Shown here piece after piece: positions 20,654 through 29,264 of a stretch of 64,000 bases of DNA. The notes beneath the pieces were generated by a model. That model did not search any database. It worked only from the letters and a program-made list of their open reading frames with translations, and had not been told where the DNA came from. The DNA is from Alkalispirochaeta sp. Lineage in GTDB: Bacteria; Spirochaetota; Spirochaetia; DSM-27196; Alkalispirochaetaceae. The stretch covers positions 4,032,001-4,096,000 of the forward strand of contig OZ271854.1 of assembly GCA_965601925.1 (NCBI GenBank). The letters run 5' to 3'. A program made the position numbers and the translations under genes. How positions within the stretch are numbered: position 1 is the stretch's first letter; each line of letters opens with the position of its first letter.

Positions 20654-22051
20654 ATGAAGCCACCAAAAATAGTGATCATCGGCGCCGGTAGCGCAGTGTT
20701 CGGACAACGGGCGATCTCGGCAATTCTCCGATCCGAACGTCTACGCGGATCGGAGCTCTATCTGGTCGATCTCGACGAGGGTCCGCTCGAGCTTATGACC
20801 CGTCTGGCCGAGCTCATGAACCGCGAATGGGGCTCCGGCGCAACGATACGAAGTACGACCGACCGCCGCAAAGCGCTCCCGGGAGCCGATTTTGTCATCG
20901 TCTCGGTACAGGTAGGGCCGCGCGAAGAGGTATGGGAAAAGGACTGGAGCATCCCGCTGGAGTACGGTATCCGCCAGCCCTACGCGGAAAACAGCGGGCC
21001 CGGCGGGCTCGCCCACACGGCGCGCAACTTGCCGCTCATCATCGATATCGCTCGGGATATGGAGGAGCTCTGCCCCGATGCGCTGTACATGAACTACGTC
21101 AACCCGCTCATTCGCCTCACTCTCGGAATTCACCGCTACACGACGATTAAGAGCGTCGGTATGTGCCATCAACTCCTGTGGGGGTACGCTATGGCGATGG
21201 CGCTTCTCGGCGACCGTTACGGAGTGGACGTGCCTCCGGACGTCAAGATCGATACCAATCACGAACATCGGCATTTTCGAGAGCCTCTCATGGCCGCCGG
21301 GATCAAGCATCTGGACATCAAGGCCGCCGGGATCAACCATTTCTCGTGGGTGTACGACATTCGCGATAAGGATACCGGCGAGGATCTCTATCCCCTCGTA
21401 CGAGAGCGATGGATGCACCTCGAGCGACGCAACTTCGAGCCGCTTTCGCGCGACATGTTCGAGATTTACGGCCTCATGCCGACCCCGAGCGATAGCCATT
21501 TATGCGAGTTTCTGCCCTTTGTCCACGATCCCATTAAGAAGCCGTGGGAGCGGTACGGCCTTCACACGCAGAGCTGGAAAGGCAACCATCGCCGTCGTGC
21601 CGAGCGTCGCGAACTTGCGCAACGGATCGTCGATGGAAAGGAACCGGTCGAGCAACTACGAAATCTGCGCAGCGAAGGTGTTCCGGAAGTCATAGAAGGG
21701 GCCTATTTCAACCTGAATACATATATCCATCAGCTTAACGTGCCCAACGAGGGGCTCATACCGAACCTACCCGCCGACGCTATCGTCGAGGTGCCCGGCA
21801 TCTCATCGGGACTCGGGATACGCGGGATAAGCATGCCGGCACTGCCCGAGCCGATTGCCGAGTTGTGTCGTCGCGAGCTCGCCTATAGCTCAATCGTCGT
21901 CGACGCGTGCCACCATGGGGACCGCGACCTCGCGTTGCAGGCGCTGCTTCTCGATCCGACGGTCAACGACGTCGAGAGCGCGCGGGACGTACTCGATCAT
22001 CTTCTCACCGAGTTCACACAGTACCTCCCCCAGTTTTCCCGTGGTACGTAA
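20654..22051 (+). CDS. Family 4 NAD+/Mn-dependent glycoside hydrolase (MelA-like)
   Basis: IIGAGS, GPGG, NYVNP, GMCH, GINHFSW, NLPADAIVEVP, ALQALLLDP. Confidence 0.93.
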   Translation: MKPPKIVIIGAGSAVFGQRAISAILRSERLRGSELYLVDLDEGPLELMTRLAELMNREWGSGATIRSTTDRRKALPGADFVIVSVQVGPREEVWEKDWSIPLEYGIRQPYAENSGPGGLAHTARNLPLIIDIARDMEELCPDALYMNYVNPLIRLTLGIHRYTTIKSVGMCHQLLWGYAMAMALLGDRYGVDVPPDVKIDTNHEHRHFREPLMAAGIKHLDIKAAGINHFSWVYDIRDKDTGEDLYPLVRERWMHLERRNFEPLSRDMFEIYGLMPTPSDSHLCEFLPFVHDPIKKPWERYGLHTQSWKGNHRRRAERRELAQRIVDGKEPVEQLRNLRSEGVPEVIEGAYFNLNTYIHQLNVPNEGLIPNLPADAIVEVPGISSGLGIRGISMPALPEPIAELCRRELAYSSIVVDACHHGDRDLALQALLLDPTVNDVESARDVLDHLLTEFTQYLPQFSRGT

Positions 22052-23192
22052 TCGGGCACGTTCGCTCCTCCGGAGCCCGGGGGAGCTACTCGACCCCGAT
22101 CGTTTGCGCGATGCGACCGGAGAGCCGATCGTCGGCGTCGAGCGCAGCGCCCTCTCGTCGGGTTTCGCCCATTCCGGGAGCGAACTCTATTTGATAGAGA
22201 CGGTGTTGGAGCCCCGCGGCTCGACGCAGCCGAGCGCCGGACCGCGCTTCGTGCTCAAGCGCCTCTCCTTTGCGTGGGATTGGCTCATGCAAGTCACCGA
22301 GGACCGTCGGTGCCGCTCCGTTACCTTGTGGGAGCAAGGCGTCTTGGACCGCCTACCGGATAGTATCGATACGTGCGTCGTCGACTGCTCGCGGGATGGC
22401 GACGGATGGGCCATCCTCATGCGCGACGTGGGGTTTTCGCTGGTGACCGATACGCCCTTTCTGCCGGAGCAACAGGAGACGTTCCTGAGCGCTATGGCGG
22501 CGATGCACGCGACGTTTCTCGGCGACGAGGAGCTGGACCGGTCGCGGACCGGATTGTGCGGATTGCACCACGTCTACGGGATGTTCTCACGCAGGACTGC
22601 GGCGGATCATCGCGACGCCGGACGAGACATTCATCGACGTATCGAGGAGGGGTGGCGTGCGGTGGGCGAGATGTGTCCCGCCGATGTCGCCGACATCGTG
22701 CTTCCCCTCGTGGAGGATTCGTCGCCTCTCGTCCACGCGCTGCGCCGCTATCCACGAACACTGGTACACGGCGACTTTCGCCACTCCAACATCGGATTTC
22801 TACCGGCGCGATCGTCGTCGGACGGGGGACATACGCGAGTTGGCGGTGCGCGCATGGCCCTTCTGGACTGGCAACTGGCGGTATACGCGCCGCCGTCGGT
22901 CGAGTTGGGGCGTTATCTCGGGGCCAACTCACCCTTTCTTCCGGGAACCAAGGAAGGTATTCTCGCCTACTATCGAACGGCCCTCGAACGCGAACTGGGG
23001 CCGGAACGACCTCTGGAGCCGTGGTGGACACCCCAGTTGGAGCTCGGCATGTTGGGCGGATTCGTTCAGGATGGATGGGCGATCGCGCTCAAAGCGACGA
23101 CGTGGGACGTCGGCGCCGCAACGCGAGATCACTGGAAAGCCGATCTCGAATGGTGGTCCGAGCAGGTAAGACGCGGCGCCGTCCATCTGTAG
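22041..23192 (+). CDS. APH/choline-kinase-like phosphotransferase
   Basis: FVLKR, TLVHGDFRHSNI, LLDWQ; GTG start overlaps the GH4 gene end (start approximate). Confidence 0.8.
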   Translation: MVRNRARSLLRSPGELLDPDRLRDATGEPIVGVERSALSSGFAHSGSELYLIETVLEPRGSTQPSAGPRFVLKRLSFAWDWLMQVTEDRRCRSVTLWEQGVLDRLPDSIDTCVVDCSRDGDGWAILMRDVGFSLVTDTPFLPEQQETFLSAMAAMHATFLGDEELDRSRTGLCGLHHVYGMFSRRTAADHRDAGRDIHRRIEEGWRAVGEMCPADVADIVLPLVEDSSPLVHALRRYPRTLVHGDFRHSNIGFLPARSSSDGGHTRVGGARMALLDWQLAVYAPPSVELGRYLGANSPFLPGTKEGILAYYRTALERELGPERPLEPWWTPQLELGMLGGFVQDGWAIALKATTWDVGAATRDHWKADLEWWSEQVRRGAVHL

Positions 23193-23245
23193 CAAGTGAC
23201 GCTCCCTGCAGACGCGGTTCGGTGCTCAGAATGCGGGACGAGTCG

Positions 23246-24409
23246 TTACCCTCGCAGATTCGAAATACGTCTGAGCGCCGCGTCGGCTCGTTCACGTGAC
23301 GCCGGCGCCGTGCTCCGCCAACGTTCCAGATACGCAATCGCCGCCGCACGATCGATACGCCGCGGCCGTTCCCCCATGATACGGCGATACGAGTCGATAC
23401 AGATCGTCGTTACCGTCTCTTGCGCAAGAGCCAACCCGCGAATCAACGGGGTACCGTCCGCCGTCGGAGCGTAGGGAGAGGCAAAGACGTCGTCGGTGGC
23501 GAGAAATCGATAGAGGCGCAAAAATCGCTCCGTATTATCAGCCAGAGAGGTCCCCGGAAGATACGACAGGTCACGGGGTAGAAAAAACGAGTCGCTCCCC
23601 AACAGCAGGCGGCCGGCATAGGTCGAAAAAAAATCGCGCGCCGCGTCTTGCCGGCTCGGGAATGCGTACTCGTCTACCCTCCTCGCCGCACTGAGTGCGG
23701 GATAGAGATAATTCCCCGGCGCCAGGTCGAAGTACGCATTGGCGTGCTCATCGAGAAATTGTGCCATCCGAATCGGTTCATCGGCGAGAAAAAGTAAATG
23801 CGGGAATATGAAGGTCGTCGCCGGAGCGCCGTTGCATACCATTCCGGCTTGCCGTATAAGCTCCTCAAAGGGCGCAACGTCGCGATTCACATAGCTCCAC
23901 GGCGCGTCGTCTCTTTCCCAGAAAAGCTGCGGATCGGCGACGTGAATGAGCACGGGCATCCCGCAGCGCCCCGCCTCGCGATAGGCATCGAGGTAGCGCG
24001 CGTCATCGAGGGCGACACCCAGCGTCGCGTGGAGCTCGGGCTTACCTTCCCACATCTTGATCCCGCGAAAACCGGCTTGCGCCATTTCGGCTACTTGCCG
24101 CGACGGATTCCACGCCGCCGCGGCTGCGTCCTCGACCACCAACGCGCGGTTGTCGAAGGAGCCGAAACCGTCGGCGAGTCCGTCCAACACAGTACACGCC
24201 GCCAGTACCTCGGGATTGAAGTTGACCGTATCGATGCCGTGTCGAAGGCGTTCGGCGCCGGATGCCGATCGATCGGCTACCCCGGCGGTGGGAAGCGACA
24301 GAACACCGATGCGACGCAAGCCGAGGAGCTCACCATAGCGCCGCAACTCGTCTATCCTCGCCGCGTCGCCGATATGGAGATGGCTATCGATTAATCCCGT
24401 CGGTACCAT
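23246..24409 (-). CDS. Amidohydrolase family (TIM-barrel metallohydrolase)
   Basis: IDSHLH, GFRGIKM, PVLIHVAD, FPH, LLGSD. Confidence 0.85.
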   Translation of the reverse strand: MVPTGLIDSHLHIGDAARIDELRRYGELLGLRRIGVLSLPTAGVADRSASGAERLRHGIDTVNFNPEVLAACTVLDGLADGFGSFDNRALVVEDAAAAAWNPSRQVAEMAQAGFRGIKMWEGKPELHATLGVALDDARYLDAYREAGRCGMPVLIHVADPQLFWERDDAPWSYVNRDVAPFEELIRQAGMVCNGAPATTFIFPHLLFLADEPIRMAQFLDEHANAYFDLAPGNYLYPALSAARRVDEYAFPSRQDAARDFFSTYAGRLLLGSDSFFLPRDLSYLPGTSLADNTERFLRLYRFLATDDVFASPYAPTADGTPLIRGLALAQETVTTICIDSYRRIMGERPRRIDRAAAIAYLERWRSTAPASRERADAALRRISNLRG

Positions 24410-24422
24410 TGATTTGCAAACG

Positions 24423-25313
24423 CTATCGGAGGGCGAAGTCGAGTGGAGCTGCGACCTCACGAGTCATAGTGAGTCGTGCATCGCGGTGACGTTGGACGAT
24501 CGAGGCGGGAAAGGCGGCCGATACGGGTCCGTACAGCATCTTGCGGGCTACGGCGCGCTGCCACGGGCGATTGAGAAACACGCGTACGCTTCGGCTTTCG
24601 GTAATCTGTTTCATGCCGACGGTGACCGCGCGACGCGGGATGCGGTCCCAGGCGCCGCCCAACGCGGTATGGGAGTTGATGGTAATCGTCTCGCGGCTCA
24701 GCTCGACGATGCGCGTGACACTCTCGAAGAAGCCGGCCTCGTCGACGGGAGGGTACGGCGGCTCATTAAAGGCGATGTGACCGTTGATACCTACTCCGGC
24801 AAAGCAAATCTCCGCACCGCCCACCGCGGCAAGCGCGCTATCGTACCCCGACGGATTTCCCGGATCGGGAAAGAACACTTGGTCGGGCCGAAATGCGACG
24901 TCCTCACCGAGGGCTACGAGCGGGCGCACCAACTCCCGGTCGACAAATGCGCGAAACGATAACGGCGAGGAGAAATCGATGAGACGCGGCGGCCCGTCCC
25001 CATCCTCAAGATACTCGTCCATAAAAAAGAGATGGAGGCCCGACAGATTGATGGGGAGTTCGGAACACAATGAGACGAACCGTCGGTATTGAAACGTGGG
25101 TCCGACGGGGACGATGAAGACGGATCGCTTGCCGACTCCGACGTTGCGCCGTATCGCACGGTACATCTCGATGGCGATACGGTAGTAGAGGTCTATCTCG
25201 GTCTCCACAACCTCGACGAGTACCTCCGAATCATCGGGGGTCGCCGGCGATGCGCCGCTTTCCGACCGCTTCGACGGGACGATCGTCGCAGCGTAGAGAT
25301 CGGACTCGCCCAT
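24423..25313 (-). CDS. NagB-like glucosamine-6-phosphate deaminase/isomerase family protein
   Basis: FFMDEY, GVGINGHIAFNEP, TVGMKQI, FPAS; the anion-binding loop reads VPVGPTFQY instead of LPTGxTP. Confidence 0.85.
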   Translation of the reverse strand: MGESDLYAATIVPSKRSESGASPATPDDSEVLVEVVETEIDLYYRIAIEMYRAIRRNVGVGKRSVFIVPVGPTFQYRRFVSLCSELPINLSGLHLFFMDEYLEDGDGPPRLIDFSSPLSFRAFVDRELVRPLVALGEDVAFRPDQVFFPDPGNPSGYDSALAAVGGAEICFAGVGINGHIAFNEPPYPPVDEAGFFESVTRIVELSRETITINSHTALGGAWDRIPRRAVTVGMKQITESRSVRVFLNRPWQRAVARKMLYGPVSAAFPASIVQRHRDARLTMTREVAAPLDFALR

Positions 25314-25316
25314 CGC

Positions 25317-26177
25317 CTATCCTTTGAGTGCGCCCGAGGTAAGACCTTTGATGATCCGCTCGTGCATAAATACGTATACGAGGACGCTGGGGATGATCGT
25401 CAGGACGATTGCGGCGAACATCGAGGTATAGTCGGTAAAAAACTGGCTCGAGAAAAACCGAATGCCGAGTTGCAACGTCCGCGCCCCGATACTCGAAGTA
25501 AGCAGGAGCGCGTAGATGAACTCATTCCACGAAAAGAGAAAGACGAACGTCCCGGCGGTGACGAGCCCCACCCGTGAGAGCGGGAAAATCACGCGAGTGA
25601 AGCGCTGATAAAAGCTGGCACCGTCGATGACCGCCGCCTCTTCGAGCTCCGCCGGAATCGATTTCATGAAGCCGTACATCAGAAAGGTCGAAATCGGGAT
25701 GTTAATCGCCGTATAGGTCAAAATGAGCGCCCACAACGAGTCGTACAGGCCCAATGCGTTGGTCAGTCGAAAATACGGCGCCATGAGGGCGATAATCGGC
25801 ACCAACACTCCGGCGATGATGGCGTTGAGAATCCACTGCTGAAAGCGAAACTTCTCCCGCGAAAAGGCGAATGCCGCCATGGAGGTGATAAGCATCGCCA
25901 ACGCCGTCGAGAAGGTCGAGACGATCACGCTGTTGAGGAAGAGCCGCGGAAGGCTCGATATGCGCATGGCGTTGAGGTAGTTCTCGAACTGCCATACGGC
26001 GGGCAGCGCGAACGGAGCGGTCTGGAGCTCCAAATTAGTCTTGAACGAGCTGATGAGGAGCCATACCAGGGGCGAAAACGTGAAGAAAAAGAAAAAGAGC
26101 AGCACTCCCCACTTGAGTGTCGTGCCGACGACCGAACCGAGGCTCCGGTTGTTGTCGGCCAATGTTGCGTGTGTCAT
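25317..26177 (-). CDS. Carbohydrate ABC transporter permease
   Basis: IPAELEEAAVIDGAS EAA loop, WNEF, terminal GALKG. Confidence 0.93.
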   Translation of the reverse strand: MTHATLADNNRSLGSVVGTTLKWGVLLFFFFFTFSPLVWLLISSFKTNLELQTAPFALPAVWQFENYLNAMRISSLPRLFLNSVIVSTFSTALAMLITSMAAFAFSREKFRFQQWILNAIIAGVLVPIIALMAPYFRLTNALGLYDSLWALILTYTAINIPISTFLMYGFMKSIPAELEEAAVIDGASFYQRFTRVIFPLSRVGLVTAGTFVFLFSWNEFIYALLLTSSIGARTLQLGIRFFSSQFFTDYTSMFAAIVLTIIPSVLVYVFMHERIIKGLTSGALKG

Positions 26178-26190
26178 GGTCTCTCCTCGC

Positions 26191-27081
26191 CTATTGGATT
26201 CGATCGGCCGCGGCGCTGCGTCGACCGAGGGCGCGAATCGTTACGATCGTCAGCACGCCGAGCACTACCAGTGTCGCTCCGATCGAATTGGCACTTCCGT
26301 AATCGAGAAAGCTGAGCATTCTATAGAGTTGAATACCGAGCACCGAGGTGCTGTTGGCCGGACCGCCGTTGGTGAGCAGAAACGTCGCCTCGAAATGTCT
26401 GAGGCCGTACGCCATCGCAAGGGTCATGGCGGTAACGAGGATATCCTTAATCATCGGCAGGGTGATAAACCACTCTTGTTGCAACACGTTCGCGCCGTCG
26501 ATCTCGGCCGCTTCGTAATAACTCTCCGGGATGGACATGGTCGAGGCGAGGACGATGATCATGAAGTACCCGATGTACAACACCTGCTGAATCAATATCG
26601 ACGGGAGCGCCGTACCGATTTCGCCCAGCCAATTGCGCGTCAGATGCTCGAGTCCCGCGAGCTCGAGAAACTGATTGATCGCGCCGTACTCGGCGTTATA
26701 GAGGGCGGCCCACATCATCGCGATAGCGACCTGGCTGATCACATTCGGCAGGAAGTACACGGTTCGAAAAAAACGCCATCCGCGGGGCTTACGGGCGAGG
26801 ATCATCGCCACGAGGGTCGCAAATCCGATCTGTACGAAGCCGAGAGAGAGAAGCCAAATGAAATTATTGCGAAGAGAGATCTGAAACGTTCGATCTTGGA
26901 AATTATCGAAGAAGTTTCGGAGCCCCACAAACTGGGGTGTGCTGATCCCGTTCCATTCGAGTGTGCTGGTAACGAAGACGAACCCCAACGGATAGATGAA
27001 GTAAAGCGTAAAGAGAAGAAGAACCGGCGCCAGAAAGAGCACGATGCCGATACGGTTTGCCTTCCGGGACTGCACAATCAT
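26191..27081 (-). CDS. Carbohydrate ABC transporter permease
   Basis: FVGLRNF, YEAAEIDGA, LTNGGP. Confidence 0.93.
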   Translation of the reverse strand: MIVQSRKANRIGIVLFLAPVLLLFTLYFIYPLGFVFVTSTLEWNGISTPQFVGLRNFFDNFQDRTFQISLRNNFIWLLSLGFVQIGFATLVAMILARKPRGWRFFRTVYFLPNVISQVAIAMMWAALYNAEYGAINQFLELAGLEHLTRNWLGEIGTALPSILIQQVLYIGYFMIIVLASTMSIPESYYEAAEIDGANVLQQEWFITLPMIKDILVTAMTLAMAYGLRHFEATFLLTNGGPANSTSVLGIQLYRMLSFLDYGSANSIGATLVVLGVLTIVTIRALGRRSAAADRIQ

Positions 27082-27109
27082 GATACTGTCGTTCCTTTAA
27101 TGCGTCGGC

Positions 27110-27135
27110 GGGCGCTCCCACGACGGGGAGCGCCC
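27110..27135. other. GC-rich stem-loop between binding-protein and permease genes (mRNA-stabilising or partial terminator)
   Basis: GGGCGCTCCC-N6-GGGAGCGCCC. Confidence 0.55.
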
Positions 27136-27177
27136 ACTCGTTACTGAATTGATACCATTCTACTACGAAACGTTGCG

Positions 27178-28440
27178 CTATCGGTCGGCGGCGACGAGCA
27201 TATCGACGAAACCCTGTGCATCGGTGCTTCCGAGTGCCAGAGCGGCGAGCGCCTGGCCGAACTCGCTCACGACGCGCACCGAGTAGCGGCTTTGGAAGTG
27301 CCCGACGACGAACTCCGCGTCGCTTGCGGCGCGAACGAACTCACGTTGGAGCGGATCGGCTCCGCTTCCCAACTCGTAACGGATGGCAAAAAGCGAGCCG
27401 GCGCGCTCCGAGACCATCGCAACGTTCGCCGGATCGGTCATGAAGCGCATGAAGGTCACGATCGCCTCGGCCTTGCGCGGATCGTCGGTGTTACCGGCCG
27501 CGAGGTTGGAGAGCAGAAACCCGATCTGATGACCCGAGTGGTCGCCGACGCGAGGAGCGGGAGCGATTGCCGTTGCGGCGTGCACCGCCGGGGCGTCTCG
27601 GTTTACGCGACCGATGTACCACGGGCCGTTAATGAACGCGGCGGTGTTACTCGAAAGGAAGTGCCCGCCCGATACACCGGCGTCTCCGCCTACCGCGTCG
27701 CGCGTGGTATTGCCGTCGGAGTACATGCGCTGCAGGACTTCCGCCGCCTCTACATAGATCGGATCACCCAAGGGAAGGTCCCATACGCCCGGGCCGCCCA
27801 GACTTGCTAAGATGTGGCTGTACCACAACATACTCGTCCACGCGTTGGAACCGCCGGTCATCTGGCTCGTGGGAACGATGTCGGCACCCTTCAGTGCGTC
27901 GGCCATCTGCCAGAACTCCTCGATAGTCTCCGGCGGAGCGTCCCAACCGGCCTCCTGGAGAAGCGTCATGTTGTACCAAATGGGAGTAATACCGATCTCG
28001 AAGGGGATCGTCTTGAGTCGGCCGTCGCGGGTGCTCTCTTCGAGGTAACTCGTTACGAAGTCGCCGGCCCAGTCGTCGGTCATGTAGTCGGTAAAATCGA
28101 AGAGCAGCTCACTGTCGTAATACTGAAAGGTCGTAGGATCGGGGTTGAACACGAAAATGTCGGGCGTGTCACCGGTGGCAAGCTGCGTGTTGAGCTTGTC
28201 GCGATAGCCGTCGGTATCGGGATTGGGCTCGATCACGACCCGAATTGCCCCGGCGTGCTGCGTGTTGAACTGCTCGACGAGTTCGGCAATCGGCTCGGCC
28301 TTGGAGTCCTGTCCGACCCAAAAGGTGGGAAAGTTGAGCACAATCTCTCCAGCTTCCTCCTGTTCGCCACCCGCAGCAACGGGAAAGACGATGAGAAGCG
28401 CAAACATCACGCCGATAAGCGCGGAAGTGATGCGATTCAT
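27178..28440 (-). CDS. Carbohydrate ABC transporter substrate-binding protein
   Basis: Signal peptide AAGGEQEE; GDTPDIF, WYNMTLLQEAG..PPET, NGPWYIG; RBS AAGGAGG. Confidence 0.92.
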   Translation of the reverse strand: MNRITSALIGVMFALLIVFPVAAGGEQEEAGEIVLNFPTFWVGQDSKAEPIAELVEQFNTQHAGAIRVVIEPNPDTDGYRDKLNTQLATGDTPDIFVFNPDPTTFQYYDSELLFDFTDYMTDDWAGDFVTSYLEESTRDGRLKTIPFEIGITPIWYNMTLLQEAGWDAPPETIEEFWQMADALKGADIVPTSQMTGGSNAWTSMLWYSHILASLGGPGVWDLPLGDPIYVEAAEVLQRMYSDGNTTRDAVGGDAGVSGGHFLSSNTAAFINGPWYIGRVNRDAPAVHAATAIAPAPRVGDHSGHQIGFLLSNLAAGNTDDPRKAEAIVTFMRFMTDPANVAMVSERAGSLFAIRYELGSGADPLQREFVRAASDAEFVVGHFQSRYSVRVVSEFGQALAALALGSTDAQGFVDMLVAADR

Positions 28441-28452
28441 GGTGCCTCCTTA

Positions 28453-28476
28453 TTATTTTCTTTCTTAAAATAACTA
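28453..28476 (-). promoter_or_regulatory. Operator-like motif copy 2
   Basis: Reverse complement TAGTTATTTTAAGAAAGAAAATAA, downstream of TTGACA (28501-28496) and next to the RBS. Confidence 0.7.
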
Positions 28477-28600
28477 AAACACGGGTTCCAACGGTTGTCA
28501 ATGAAAAGTGGCCGCGGCCAGAGTCCGCGGGGTACATTGACTGACTCGTTCGATCGACCATAGAATAGTAGAGATACTATCCTTCCGGTTGGAGTACTCA

Positions 28601-29245
28601 TTGAAGATCTTCCTTGATACCGCTGATGTACACCAGATAAAAGAGGTCAAGCGTCTCGGCATTCTCGACGGCGTCACGACAAATCCATCGCACGTCGCCA
28701 AGACCGGCCGTCGTCCCGCGGATCTCTACCCCGAAATCTGCGCACTGTGCGACGGACCGGTAAGTCTTGAGACGGTTGCATTGGAGGCGGACGAGATCGT
28801 CGCCGAGGGGCGAGAGCTCGCGCGGATCGCCGATAACGTCGTCGTGAAGGTGCCGGTGATGAAAGAGGGGCTCATCGCAGTGCGAAGTCTCGCGGCGGAG
28901 GGCATCAAGACCAACGTAACGGTGGCCTATTCGGCGACACAGGCGTTGCTCGCGGCAAAGGCGGGGGCGCGTTACATTAGCCCCTTCATCGGTCGTCTCG
29001 ACAGCATATCTCACGAGGGGCGGCAGCTGGTGCACCAGATTCGTGAGATCTACGATAACTACGGGTTTGAGACCGAACTGTTGGTGGCCGCGGTACGCAA
29101 CCCGATGCACGTCCTGGATGCGGCGCTCGTCGGCGCCGATGTGTGCACCATGGCCTTCGACATCCTCATGCAGCTCTACGACCATCCGCTCACCGACGCC
29201 GGCATTGCGCAGTTTCTCGCGGACTGGGACACCGTTCCGCAGTAG
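28601..29245 (+). CDS. Transaldolase of the TalC/FSA family, candidate sulfofructose transaldolase
   Basis: IFLDTAD, GVTTNPS, VVKVP (Schiff-base Lys), SLE (Glu) and SPFIGR (Phe) indicate transaldolase rather than aldolase. TTG start after GGAG; promoter TTGACT-18-TAGAAT. Confidence 0.9.
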   Translation: MKIFLDTADVHQIKEVKRLGILDGVTTNPSHVAKTGRRPADLYPEICALCDGPVSLETVALEADEIVAEGRELARIADNVVVKVPVMKEGLIAVRSLAAEGIKTNVTVAYSATQALLAAKAGARYISPFIGRLDSISHEGRQLVHQIREIYDNYGFETELLVAAVRNPMHVLDAALVGADVCTMAFDILMQLYDHPLTDAGIAQFLADWDTVPQ

Positions 29246-29264
29246 CCTCCTACAGGAGTAAGAC

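Noticed and set aside
24423..25313. Canonical nagB
   Set aside because: The phosphate-binding loop differs, and the neighbouring amidohydrolase lacks NagA motifs such as THLFNAM.
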